The notes under the pieces are model-generated. The model did not search any database. It saw only the letters and a program-made list of their open reading frames with translations, and was not told the DNA's origin. Positions 31,936 through 41,048 of a stretch of DNA of 64,000 nucleotides are shown in pieces. This stretch comes from Christensenellales bacterium (GTDB lineage Bacteria; Bacillota; Clostridia; Christensenellales; DTU072), in NCBI GenBank assembly GCA_050309775.1, contig JBNRMV010000001.1, positions 95,014 to 159,013 on the forward strand, written 5' to 3'. Numbering within the stretch: the stretch's first letter is position 1; each line of letters starts with the position of its first letter. A program made the translations under genes and the position numbers.

Positions 31936-32597
31936 TAGGAATAATAATAGCAATGCCCCAAGAACTGGCGCCCTACAAGCCGCACATAAAAACAACAAAG
32001 CGGCTTATGGGCAAGGATTTTTATGAAGGGGCAATCGGCGCTCAGGAGATTGTTATTTGCCATAGCGGCATCGGCAAGGTAAACGCTGCGTACGCAGCGA
32101 CCTTAATGGTGCAGCTCTATAAGCCTACGGTGCTTATCAGCACAGGGCTTTCAGGGGGGCTGGGCATTCTGAATCAGTTTGACATTGTGCTTGCCGAAAG
32201 ACTGGTACAGCACGATGTCGACACTACGGCGTTGGGCGACCCGAAGGGCATGGTTTCGACAGTGAATAAGGTGTATTTTGAAACCGATAGCGAATTGCTC
32301 AATAAGTTTTCCCAGACGCTGCCGGCGGCAAAAATCGGCACTATTGCCAGCGGCGACCAGTTTATTGCCGACAAAAAAAGCTCAGCAGCCATAGCCGAGC
32401 AGTTCGGCGCAATTGCTTGCGATATGGAGAGCGGGGCTGTGGCGCAGGTGGCGCACATAGCAGGCGTGCCTCTTGCCGTATTACGAGCCATAAGCGATTC
32501 GGCAGACGGGCAAGCGGCTGTGGATTTCCTGACTGCGGCAGAAAAAATAAGCATAGCCACATACAAAGCCGTTCAATGCGTAATTGAAAAGCTATAA
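31932..32597 (+). CDS. mtnN: 5'-methylthioadenosine/S-adenosylhomocysteine nucleosidase
   Basis: IGIIIAM.QE, GIGKVNAA and DMESGAVAQVA...LRAISD. A GTG start overlaps the upstream stop. Confidence 0.88.
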   Translation: MIGIIIAMPQELAPYKPHIKTTKRLMGKDFYEGAIGAQEIVICHSGIGKVNAAYAATLMVQLYKPTVLISTGLSGGLGILNQFDIVLAERLVQHDVDTTALGDPKGMVSTVNKVYFETDSELLNKFSQTLPAAKIGTIASGDQFIADKKSSAAIAEQFGAIACDMESGAVAQVAHIAGVPLAVLRAISDSADGQAAVDFLTAAEKISIATYKAVQCVIEKL

Positions 32598-32628
32598 TGA
32601 TACAAAATATACATAAGCAGGTAAAAAG

Positions 32629-34491
32629 ATGAAGATAAAGAATCTTGTAAAAAGATATAATATGTTGTTTGCGCTGCTGCGCGACATTGGGCTGGGCGCG
32701 CTGGCGTTTGTAGCGGCATACTGGGTCAATCGAGGCAGCATGATAACGCTTCCCAGCCTGCGTTTGCTGTGGGTATATTTCTTTATCTGCATATTTACGA
32801 CTATTTCCGCCATGGCGGTGCTGAAAAGTTATCGGGTGGAATGGCGCTATGCCGGCATTACCGAAATAGTAAATGTCGTACTGGCTTTTATAGTATCGGG
32901 AGTAATTGCCACCATATTGAAGATTAGTTATTTCCAAGATGTATATTTAAGCCTGCTGTTCCTCTTTTATTTCTTTTATTTTGGCTTTTCTCTGATTTGG
33001 CGGCTGTCGGCAAGGTTTGCGCTGGTACTGAAAAAGCGATTCCGCGTCGTGGGCAGCAACAACGAGAATATCATTGTGTACGGCGCAGGCTACACCGGCG
33101 CCACTCTGGTAAAAAGACTTGTTGAGAAACCCGAAGAGGGATTTGACCCCGTAGCCATTATTGATGACGACCCGACCAAACACCGCAAGTTTGTCAGCAA
33201 CATACCCGTAATAGGCGGCAGAGACTGCATCGGTTATGCCATAAGGAAGTACAAGGCGACGACAATAGCCATAGCCATTTCAAAAATCACCCGTGAACAG
33301 TTGTTATCGATTTATACTTATATAAAAAAATTCAACATAAAAATCAAAATCACCAGCAATATGAGCGGCGCCAATTCGGTGCTGAACTCCGATGTAATTT
33401 CCTTAAAAAATTTGAAAATCGAGGACCTTTTGCACAGAAAGGAGCATAAAATAGACAAGGAGTTGCTGGATAGTTTCATAAATGACAAAGTTATTATGGT
33501 AACCGGCGGCGCCGGCTCAATCGGCAGCGAAATATGCCGTCAGGCTTTGGAGTACCATTGCAAGAAGCTGATTATTTTTGACCACCACGAATACGGCATG
33601 TTCAAAATAGGCGAGGAGTTCAAAAAAGGTTATTCTGAAGACCTGTTTGCCCTTGAAGTGGGTTCTGTGAGAGACCGCGAAAAAGTGCGCGCAGTCATGG
33701 AGAAACATAAACCCGACTTAGTCTTTCATGCGGCAGCGTACAAACATGTGCCGATGATGGAAATCAGCGCAGACGAAGCCGTAAAGAACAATGTAATGGG
33801 CACGGAAAATGTCATTGACCAATGCAATGAAAGCGGCGTAAAGAAGTTTATACTTGTGTCAACGGATAAGGCAATAAACCCGGCGAACATTATGGGCGCC
33901 ACAAAGCGCATTGCGGAATTGGTGCTTGAGTGCAAGTCAGCCACCTCAAAAACACAATTGGCGGCAGTTAGATTTGGCAATGTGCTAGGCTCCAGCGGCA
34001 GCGTTATCCCCACCTTTATGAAACAAATAAACAACCGTGAACCTATCACAGTCACCCACCCCGAGATGAAAAGATATTTTATGACAATTCCCGAAGCCGT
34101 CAGACTGGTAATTCAAGCCGGAGCATTGGCAAATGGCGGAGAGGTGTTTGTGCTTGATATGGGCGAGCCGGTATATATAAAAGACCTGGCAATGGACCTC
34201 ATAAGAGCCAGCGGACTTGTGCCGGACAAAGACATAAAGATTATTTATACAGGATTGCGCCCGGGCGAAAAACTTTTTGAAGAATTGCAGTATTCCGACG
34301 AAGATGTAAACGCCACCAGACACAGCGGAATTTTTGTATGCAAGTTGGCAGGCGTTGACTGCGAGGAGTTTTTCAAAAAATTGCAGCAGCTGAAAGAGTC
34401 GGCGCAAAGGAACGAAAAAGAACAAGTGGGGAAAATCATTTTTGAGATAGTCCCCAGCGAATATCGCGAACAAGCAAAAGGAGCATCATAA
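32629..34491 (+). CDS. CapD/PglF/WbpM-family membrane-bound NDP-sugar 4,6-dehydratase
   Basis: Four N-terminal TM helices, Rossmann motif VTGGAGSIGSE, and the YKHVP...STDKAINP...GATKR catalytic region. Confidence 0.85.
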   Translation: MKIKNLVKRYNMLFALLRDIGLGALAFVAAYWVNRGSMITLPSLRLLWVYFFICIFTTISAMAVLKSYRVEWRYAGITEIVNVVLAFIVSGVIATILKISYFQDVYLSLLFLFYFFYFGFSLIWRLSARFALVLKKRFRVVGSNNENIIVYGAGYTGATLVKRLVEKPEEGFDPVAIIDDDPTKHRKFVSNIPVIGGRDCIGYAIRKYKATTIAIAISKITREQLLSIYTYIKKFNIKIKITSNMSGANSVLNSDVISLKNLKIEDLLHRKEHKIDKELLDSFINDKVIMVTGGAGSIGSEICRQALEYHCKKLIIFDHHEYGMFKIGEEFKKGYSEDLFALEVGSVRDREKVRAVMEKHKPDLVFHAAAYKHVPMMEISADEAVKNNVMGTENVIDQCNESGVKKFILVSTDKAINPANIMGATKRIAELVLECKSATSKTQLAAVRFGNVLGSSGSVIPTFMKQINNREPITVTHPEMKRYFMTIPEAVRLVIQAGALANGGEVFVLDMGEPVYIKDLAMDLIRASGLVPDKDIKIIYTGLRPGEKLFEELQYSDEDVNATRHSGIFVCKLAGVDCEEFFKKLQQLKESAQRNEKEQVGKIIFEIVPSEYREQAKGAS

Positions 34492-35787
34492 ATGGCGCAT
34501 TTCGGAACCGACGGCATAAGAGCCAAGGCGTCGGAGTTTTCAACTGAGTATTTGCACAAAATAGCCGATGCGGCGTTGTCGGCATCACCGAATGCAAAAA
34601 TTGTAATCGGTCGGGACACACGCACAAGCGGCCCTTTCATAGAGAGCGAGCTTGCCAAAAGACTGGCGCAAAAAGGCGCAGAGGTCATGGTTGTAGGCAT
34701 GACGGCTACGCCGACGCTTGCTTTCCTGACACAACAAAAGGCGGCGGATTTTGGCATAATGATATCGGCGAGCCACAACCCGCCTGAATACAACGGCATA
34801 AAGTTCTTTTCTTCCACCGCCGAAAAACTTAGCGAAGAAACCGAAAGAGAAATAGAGCATTTTATTGATAACCCGAAAGGTATTGCAGATGCCGTAAAGC
34901 CGAAAGAGGTTGTTTATTATAATGGGGATGAGGATTATATAAATTTTCTCATAGATAGGCTCAACCCGAATATTGCCGGCATGAAAATACTTTTGGATTG
35001 CGCAAACGGCGCAACTTCAAAAATTGCGCCGGCGCTTTTCAAAAAACTTGGCGCCGAGGTGACTGTTCACAACAGTAATACAAGCGGTGAGGACATAAAC
35101 GCCGGCTGCGGAGCCGCAGTGCCGGAATATCTCTTAAACAGCATGGAAGGGGGAGATTTTGACATTGGATTCACCTATGACGGTGACGGTGACCGCATTA
35201 TGGTTGTCGAAAAAGACAAGCTGTTCAACGGCGACCACCTTATGTATGTTCATGCAAGGAACATGAAACAAAAGGGCGCTTTGAAGCATGACACCATAGT
35301 TGCCACAATTATGAGCAACATGGGCACGGAAGCAGCTTGCAACAGATGCGGAATTAAACTCTTACGAACAGGCGTAGGGGACAAATATGTTCATCGCGAG
35401 ATGATGAAACACGGTTACAACATAGGGGGAGAGGAGTCTGGACATATCATATTCAGCGATTATATGAAAACAGGCGACGGCATTTTGGCATCGCTGCTTA
35501 CGGCCATATTAGCCAAAGAGATTTCGCTTAGCGCTCTTGACGACATAGCCGAGTACCCCAAGGCAATAAAAAGCTATATGTGTGACAAGGCTGCAGCGCA
35601 AAGATTTTATACCGATGAAGAAATACAAAATTATTTGAATAACCTCAAATTTGAAGGCAGGAGTGTGGTGCGTCCCAGCGGCACAGAGCCAAAAATCAGA
35701 ATATTAGTCGAGGCTGCCGACGCGCAGCTTGCCGAACAGAAAGCCGCAGAAATAAAAGAATTCTTAACAAGGAGATTGGGCTGTTAA
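34492..35787 (+). CDS. glmM: Phosphoglucosamine mutase
   Basis: FGTDGIRA, phosphoserine loop SASHNPPEYNGIKF, the DGDGDR metal loop and GEESGH. Confidence 0.9.
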   Translation: MAHFGTDGIRAKASEFSTEYLHKIADAALSASPNAKIVIGRDTRTSGPFIESELAKRLAQKGAEVMVVGMTATPTLAFLTQQKAADFGIMISASHNPPEYNGIKFFSSTAEKLSEETEREIEHFIDNPKGIADAVKPKEVVYYNGDEDYINFLIDRLNPNIAGMKILLDCANGATSKIAPALFKKLGAEVTVHNSNTSGEDINAGCGAAVPEYLLNSMEGGDFDIGFTYDGDGDRIMVVEKDKLFNGDHLMYVHARNMKQKGALKHDTIVATIMSNMGTEAACNRCGIKLLRTGVGDKYVHREMMKHGYNIGGEESGHIIFSDYMKTGDGILASLLTAILAKEISLSALDDIAEYPKAIKSYMCDKAAAQRFYTDEEIQNYLNNLKFEGRSVVRPSGTEPKIRILVEAADAQLAEQKAAEIKEFLTRRLGC

Positions 35788-35789
35788 AT

Positions 35790-36773
35790 ATGATTAAAGT
35801 ATATGTAGTAAACGAAAATAGGTATTCTCATTTGGACATTTTGGGGAAACATCCTCAGGATATCCTGACTGACGGACTAAAGAATTTCTCAACGATAGAA
35901 AACATAGCCGAGGCTGACGGAGATGACGCGGAATTTTGCGCCGTACTTTATTATGACACTCCTTTGGCAGACGATTCGTTTTTGCAGGAGTTGGCGGCAA
36001 AGGGCGACGGTTGGAAAATCGGCGACGGTTGGCTGAAGAAGAAGGGCTATACCGGCGAAATGAAAGAATGCGACGATGTCCGAGCCACGCAAATAAAAAA
36101 TCTTGGCATGCTGGCTCCCATTTATAAAGAATTGCGCAAAAGAACGCTGGACAAATTTCGCGGCAGGAATATATTGTTTTATGACATCGACAGTTGTTAT
36201 ATCGATATGACTGTTGAAATTGCCGACGGCTGCATAATACACCCCATGGTGATATTGCGCGGAAAGACAAAGCTGGGCAATGACTGCGTTATTTTCCCGC
36301 AAACAGAACTCATAGATACTGTAGTCGAAAACTGCGTTGACATTCGCTCTTCATTTTCCATCGATGCCAAAATAGGGTCATATACTACTGTCGGACCCTT
36401 TGCATGTCTAAGAAAAGGCGCAGAAATAGGCGCATATTGCCGTGTCGGAGACTTTGTCGAAGTCAAAAACTCCGTTATAGGCGACGGCACAAAGATGGCG
36501 CATTTGGCTTATGTCGGCGACTCTACCGTCGGTCAGAATACCAATGTAGGCTGCGGCACGGTATTTGCAAACTACAACGGCAAAATAAAACAAAGATGTT
36601 CCGTAGGCAGCAATGTCTTTATCGGAGCCAATAGCAATCTGGTGGCGCCTGTCGTAGTGCATGACGGCGCTTATATTGCCGCCGGCAGCACAGTCACTCA
36701 CGATGTCCCGGGCGGCAACCTTTGCATAGCAAGGTCAAGACAAGTGCTGAAAGAAAACTGGGAAAGAAAATAA
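35790..36773 (+). CDS. GlmU-like protein: intact left-handed beta-helix acetyltransferase domain with a truncated/degenerate uridyltransferase domain
   Basis: Hexapeptide repeats and the C-terminal part resemble GlmU (VGDFVEVKNS..., GCGTVFANYNG). The 327-aa protein lacks the LAAGKGTRM motif; the equivalent region reads VVNENRYS. Confidence 0.75.
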   Translation: MIKVYVVNENRYSHLDILGKHPQDILTDGLKNFSTIENIAEADGDDAEFCAVLYYDTPLADDSFLQELAAKGDGWKIGDGWLKKKGYTGEMKECDDVRATQIKNLGMLAPIYKELRKRTLDKFRGRNILFYDIDSCYIDMTVEIADGCIIHPMVILRGKTKLGNDCVIFPQTELIDTVVENCVDIRSSFSIDAKIGSYTTVGPFACLRKGAEIGAYCRVGDFVEVKNSVIGDGTKMAHLAYVGDSTVGQNTNVGCGTVFANYNGKIKQRCSVGSNVFIGANSNLVAPVVVHDGAYIAAGSTVTHDVPGGNLCIARSRQVLKENWERK

Positions 36774-36815
36774 CTGCAACGCTTGGATTGCTGCGACAAT
36801 GGAATTTTATTGATT

Positions 36816-36846
36816 ATTGACATGCCAGGCTTATAGTTATATAATA
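36816..36846 (+). promoter_or_regulatory. Candidate promoter of the seven-gene glycoside locus
   Basis: TTGACA followed by a TATAAT-like element 15-17 nt downstream. Exact spacing is uncertain because of a 1-nt reading ambiguity (see rejected notes). Confidence 0.45.
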
Positions 36847-36879
36847 ATTAAGACTTTTAATTATTGTAGAGGTATTTTT

Positions 36880-37350
36880 GTGATAGCAATCGGTTCTGAT
36901 AAGTCTGGGTTTGCACTCAAGGAAAGCATAAAAAGTTTTTTGAAGCAAGAGGGTTTTGCATTTGACGACCTCGGAACGCAGAGCATGGACGCAGGTGTTC
37001 CTTATTTTGAGGTAGCAAGCAAAATTGCTCCGCTGGTAGCTGACGGAACTTATGAGAAAGCTATACTTGTTTGTGGAACGGGCATGGGAATGAGCGTTGT
37101 TGCCAACAAGCACAAGGGAGTATATGCCGCCGCCGTTGAAAGCGTGTACAGCGCAAAAATGGCAAGGGCAATAAACAATGCGCAAATACTTTGTATGGGC
37201 GGCTGGATTATTGCAACCGAAATGGGCATAGAGATGACGAAGGTTTTTCTCAATACGGAATTTTTGCAGGGGTTGGAAGACTGGCGGCAACAGTTTTTGA
37301 CTAATGCGGCGCAAAAATTAAAAGATATTGAAGAGGACATTTATGGATAA
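36880..37350 (+). CDS. RpiB/LacA/LacB-family sugar(-phosphate) isomerase
   Basis: IAIGSDKSGFALKE...LVCGTGMGMSVVANK core. I place the start at GTG 36880, after GTAGAGG, rather than at the upstream TTG at 36817. Confidence 0.8.
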   Translation: MIAIGSDKSGFALKESIKSFLKQEGFAFDDLGTQSMDAGVPYFEVASKIAPLVADGTYEKAILVCGTGMGMSVVANKHKGVYAAAVESVYSAKMARAINNAQILCMGGWIIATEMGIEMTKVFLNTEFLQGLEDWRQQFLTNAAQKLKDIEEDIYG

Positions 37351-38458
37351 TTTTACTTATGCGCAACCCGTAAAGATTTATTTCGGCGCAGGCAAGCTCA
37401 ATGAGTTGGGCGAAATTGCCGAAAAAAACGGCTACAAGCGAGGCGGTTTGATAGCCGACTCAATTTTTATTAAAAACGGATTGGCGCAGTCCCTGAAAGA
37501 AAAAACACCATGCATTATAGGTGTTTTTTCTGAGTTTTCGCCAAACCCTATGCTGAATGAAGTGCTTGCCGCAGCGGCAAAGCTCAAAGAATGGCAAGTG
37601 GATTTTGTCGTAGCTTTGGGCGGAGGCAGCGCGCTGGATTTGGCGAAGTTTGCCGCGTCCATGGTCTATGCGCAGCATGACATAAGAGATTATTTTTTTG
37701 GAAAGAAAACATTTTCATCAGAACATTTGCCGCTTTTTGCCGTGCCTTCAACGGCAGGCACAGGCTCGGAAGTTACCACAGTATCCGTATGTACCGACGA
37801 CGACACCGGCATAAAGGCGCCGCTATTACATAAGAATTTTTTACCGGAAATAGCTATTGTAGATTCTCAACTGACGCTGAGCGTGCCGCCTTTTGTGACA
37901 GCGCTGACGGGCATGGATGCCTTGTCGCATGCGCTGGAGGCTTTTTGGAGTATCAATCATCAGCCTATTTGCGACTTGCTGGCAACTGCGGCTTGCAGGT
38001 TGATATTTGCCAATCTGGAAACAGCGTATGCAGACGGCAGAAACCCTACCGCAAGACACAACATGTCCTTGGCGGCTCTTTACGCCGGACTGGCTTTTTC
38101 CCAAACAAAGACGGCGGCTTGCCATGCTTGTTCCTATCCGCTTTCTTCAGATTACAACCTAGCGCACGGGGAAGCTTGCGCCTTTACTCTTGACAGCATA
38201 ACCCGTTTGAATGCCGCTGCCGAAGGCGGTCGGGTGGAAAGGCTGGCAAAAGAAATAGGGATTGAGAACGCCGACGCAATGGCGGACAAGATATACGCAA
38301 TGAAAAAAGCTATGGGCTTGAGATGTACGCTTGCCGAATGCGGCATAGAGGACATTTCCGCTCTTAGTGAAAAGTGCGTTGCTCATCCGCTGATGAACAA
38401 CAATCCCGTAAAAATAGACAAAAGTACCATGATAAAAATCTTTGAAAATTTGAGGTGA
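37343..38458 (+). CDS. Iron-containing (group III) alcohol dehydrogenase
   Basis: GGGSALDLAK, PSTAGTGSEVT, DALSHALEA and HACSYPL...HGEA metal ligands. ATG 37343 overlaps the upstream stop (ATGGATAA). Confidence 0.85.
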   Translation: MDNFTYAQPVKIYFGAGKLNELGEIAEKNGYKRGGLIADSIFIKNGLAQSLKEKTPCIIGVFSEFSPNPMLNEVLAAAAKLKEWQVDFVVALGGGSALDLAKFAASMVYAQHDIRDYFFGKKTFSSEHLPLFAVPSTAGTGSEVTTVSVCTDDDTGIKAPLLHKNFLPEIAIVDSQLTLSVPPFVTALTGMDALSHALEAFWSINHQPICDLLATAACRLIFANLETAYADGRNPTARHNMSLAALYAGLAFSQTKTAACHACSYPLSSDYNLAHGEACAFTLDSITRLNAAAEGGRVERLAKEIGIENADAMADKIYAMKKAMGLRCTLAECGIEDISALSEKCVAHPLMNNNPVKIDKSTMIKIFENLR

Positions 38459-38459
38459 C

Positions 38460-39539
38460 ATGACTAATCAAGGGTCAAACAGCAAATCGCTGAGATGCAA
38501 CAACAGGAGGGTTATCCTTTGGAAATTGTTCAACAACGGTCCGATGTCCAGAGTTGAGCTTGCCAAGGAGTGCCGTCTTACGGGTGCGGCTATCACAATC
38601 ATAGTAAAAGAACTGCTTGAAAGCGGGAAAATTATTGAAAACGGGCAGAGGTTGCAACGCAACCACCAGGGCAGGAAAGAGGTATTGCTTGATTTGAACT
38701 ATAACGAATACCTTGCCTGCAACATAAATATTGAACGGGACAACATTCATTTTTCTCTTTGCAGTCTGAAAGGCATTGTCTTTAAATCCATAAAACCCAC
38801 AAAAGAGATGATGGGCATAGAGTATTTACGCATAAACATTGAGCGTATAACAAGAGGCTATGAGCACAGGCTTGTAGGCATAGGCATAGGAGTGACGGGC
38901 GCCGTAGACGAACAGAGCGGCGAATTGGTTAATTCATACGGCTTGTTCCCTAACGGCTTGAACATTAAAGAAGAGCTGGGCAGATATTTTCAAGTGCCGA
39001 TATATGTTGCCAACAATGTACGAGCGCAAGCAATGGCAATAATAAGTATGGACAACAGGAATTTCTTATACATAAAACACGGGCCGGGAGTAGGTTGCGC
39101 CATTGTCATAAATGGCAAGGTGCTGAACGGGCATACCAACAAAGCCGGAGAAATGTCCCAAGTGCGCATTTCCTGCGCTTCGGACAAGCTGGAAGACTAT
39201 TTGAAGGAAGATGAGTTGCTGGCAAAAACGCACTTCAGCACCACAAAGGAACTGTATGCGGCATACAGGGTAAACAAACAAGCAACGGAAGTGCTGGACG
39301 AGTGCATCTTAACTATGGCTTATTGTGTAATAAACATGAACAAGCTGATAGACCCCGAAAAAATTATTCTGGGCGGCGGATTTTTTTATAGCCAGTTGAT
39401 ATACGAAGAATTGTATAAAAAACTTTGTGAAATAGACTCAGAAGCCGCCGAAAAGGTTGAACTTTTGTCAGAGGAAGTCAACATAAAAAGCATTGCCAGC
39501 GCCAGACTGGTTTTTAACAAAGTATTCTTTGAAGCGTAA
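38460..39539 (+). CDS. ROK-family transcriptional regulator (N-terminal wHTH)
   Basis: The N-terminal NNRRVILWKLFNNGPMSRVELAKECRLTGAAITIIVKEL is followed by a ROK sugar-binding-like domain. The kinase DxGxT and CxCGxxGC motifs are degenerate. Confidence 0.8.
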   Translation: MTNQGSNSKSLRCNNRRVILWKLFNNGPMSRVELAKECRLTGAAITIIVKELLESGKIIENGQRLQRNHQGRKEVLLDLNYNEYLACNINIERDNIHFSLCSLKGIVFKSIKPTKEMMGIEYLRINIERITRGYEHRLVGIGIGVTGAVDEQSGELVNSYGLFPNGLNIKEELGRYFQVPIYVANNVRAQAMAIISMDNRNFLYIKHGPGVGCAIVINGKVLNGHTNKAGEMSQVRISCASDKLEDYLKEDELLAKTHFSTTKELYAAYRVNKQATEVLDECILTMAYCVINMNKLIDPEKIILGGGFFYSQLIYEELYKKLCEIDSEAAEKVELLSEEVNIKSIASARLVFNKVFFEA

Positions 39540-39549
39540 GGAGGACTAC

Positions 39550-41037
39550 ATGCGCCAAGACAAAAAGATTTATCAGGACCCAAAACTGTTTACCGAAAAG
39601 GTAGCGCTGAAAGAGAAAATGATATTTGCTTCAGCCGATTTGTACGGCGGCGGCGCCCCCTCTCTTGTCAATACGCTGTATTTTGCTTTTTTGGTAGCTA
39701 TGGGCGTAGGTACGGTTTGGGCGGGAGTAATTGTCGCAGTCGCAAAGATATGGGACGCTGTTACCGACCCGTTCATGGGCGTCATAAGCGACAACACCCG
39801 TTCAAAGTGGGGCAGGCGCAGGCCATACATATTATTTGGCGGAATGCTGATTATTGCCAGCTTTGCGCTGTTGTTTTTGCCTATGCAATCGGTCAGCTCA
39901 AAAGCGCTGAAAGTTACCGTATATATGGCGGCATATCTCTTTTATAATACGCTGTCAACAGTCATAAATGTCAGCTATTCGAGTTTTTCGACAGAGCTTG
40001 CCAACAATCCCAAAGAGACGACGCAGGTCAACACGCTGCGCCTTATATTCTCCATGTGTTCGGGCGGCATAGCCGCAATAGGCGGCACTTTACTGCTTGA
40101 TAAACTGCTTACGGGAGCCATTTCCATAAACACATTGTACTTTATAGTGGTATTCGGATTCGGCGCGCTGTACACTGTGCCTTGCGTACTTACAGGTCTT
40201 TTCACCAAAGAAAGAGTAAGACTGCCTGAAACCAAGTCAACTTTCACATTCAAGACTTTCATTACGCCGCTGAAAGTTAAGGCATTCATTTATTTGCTTT
40301 GCGGCTATCTCTTTGCTTATGTGTGCATGGATTTGCTCAGCACAAATATAGTTTATTTTGCAAACTACGCTTTGGATGTGGAGGTAGGCGGCACCGTTAT
40401 ACTAGGCACAGTCATGGTCATTACTTTCTTCACATTGCCGCTGTATTACCTTATGATGCAAAAAGGCGTTGCCAAGCCATTTATTTTTAGGGTGGGTATA
40501 CCCGTCTATATCATAGGAATTGTCTTGCTGACCATGGTACCGCTTAACAACCTGCCGCTGGTGTTATTCTTTTGCTTTCTCATAGGCATAGGCATGGCTG
40601 GCTCACAACTTATGCCATGGATAATATTCCCCGACATCATCGACATAGCCGAATTAAAACTCGGCAACAGACCTACGGGCAGTTTCAGCGGAGTTATGAC
40701 TTTTACAAAAAAATCCACATCGGCGATAGCCATACTCTTATCCGGCATTGTGCTGAAACTTGTCGGGTTCAATGAGCCTAAGGCAGACCCGACAACGGGA
40801 AAAATAAATTATGAGGACTTTGTACAGACCGATATCGCCGTATGGGGCATAAAGTTGCTCATTATGGTTTCGGTAGTAATATTCATGGGACTGGCGTTCT
40901 TTGCCATGCGCAGGCTCAAACTAAACAACGCAATAAGCGAAAAGGTAAGATATCTCATAGAAAAGAGAAATCGCGGAGAGGAATACGACGAACAGGACAA
41001 AAAAGATTTTGCGCAAATAGAGAAAGACTTTTTTTAA
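39550..41037 (+). CDS. GPH-family glycoside:cation symporter (MelB/YihO-like MFS)
   Basis: GPH signature DAVTDPFMGVISDNTRSKWGRRRPY and 12 hydrophobic segments. ATG 39550 follows an AGGAGG RBS. Confidence 0.85.
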   Translation: MRQDKKIYQDPKLFTEKVALKEKMIFASADLYGGGAPSLVNTLYFAFLVAMGVGTVWAGVIVAVAKIWDAVTDPFMGVISDNTRSKWGRRRPYILFGGMLIIASFALLFLPMQSVSSKALKVTVYMAAYLFYNTLSTVINVSYSSFSTELANNPKETTQVNTLRLIFSMCSGGIAAIGGTLLLDKLLTGAISINTLYFIVVFGFGALYTVPCVLTGLFTKERVRLPETKSTFTFKTFITPLKVKAFIYLLCGYLFAYVCMDLLSTNIVYFANYALDVEVGGTVILGTVMVITFFTLPLYYLMMQKGVAKPFIFRVGIPVYIIGIVLLTMVPLNNLPLVLFFCFLIGIGMAGSQLMPWIIFPDIIDIAELKLGNRPTGSFSGVMTFTKKSTSAIAILLSGIVLKLVGFNEPKADPTTGKINYEDFVQTDIAVWGIKLLIMVSVVIFMGLAFFAMRRLKLNNAISEKVRYLIEKRNRGEEYDEQDKKDFAQIEKDFF

Positions 41038-41048
41038 TGAGGTCATAA

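Noticed and set aside
36811-36845. An apparent 1-nt disagreement between my hand reading of the printed sequence and the ORF-track translations (36817-37350 plus strand, 36814-37314 minus strand) around TTGACATGCC...TATAGTTATA.
   Set aside because: Downstream and upstream frames both agree with the track, so this is most likely my transcription error. It affects only the exact promoter spacing, not any gene call.
38460-39539. The ROK protein as the missing sugar kinase of the glycoside locus.
   Set aside because: It has an N-terminal winged-helix DNA-binding region. It lacks a recognisable N-terminal DxGxT ATP motif and the CxCGxxGC zinc motif. It fits the repressor class.
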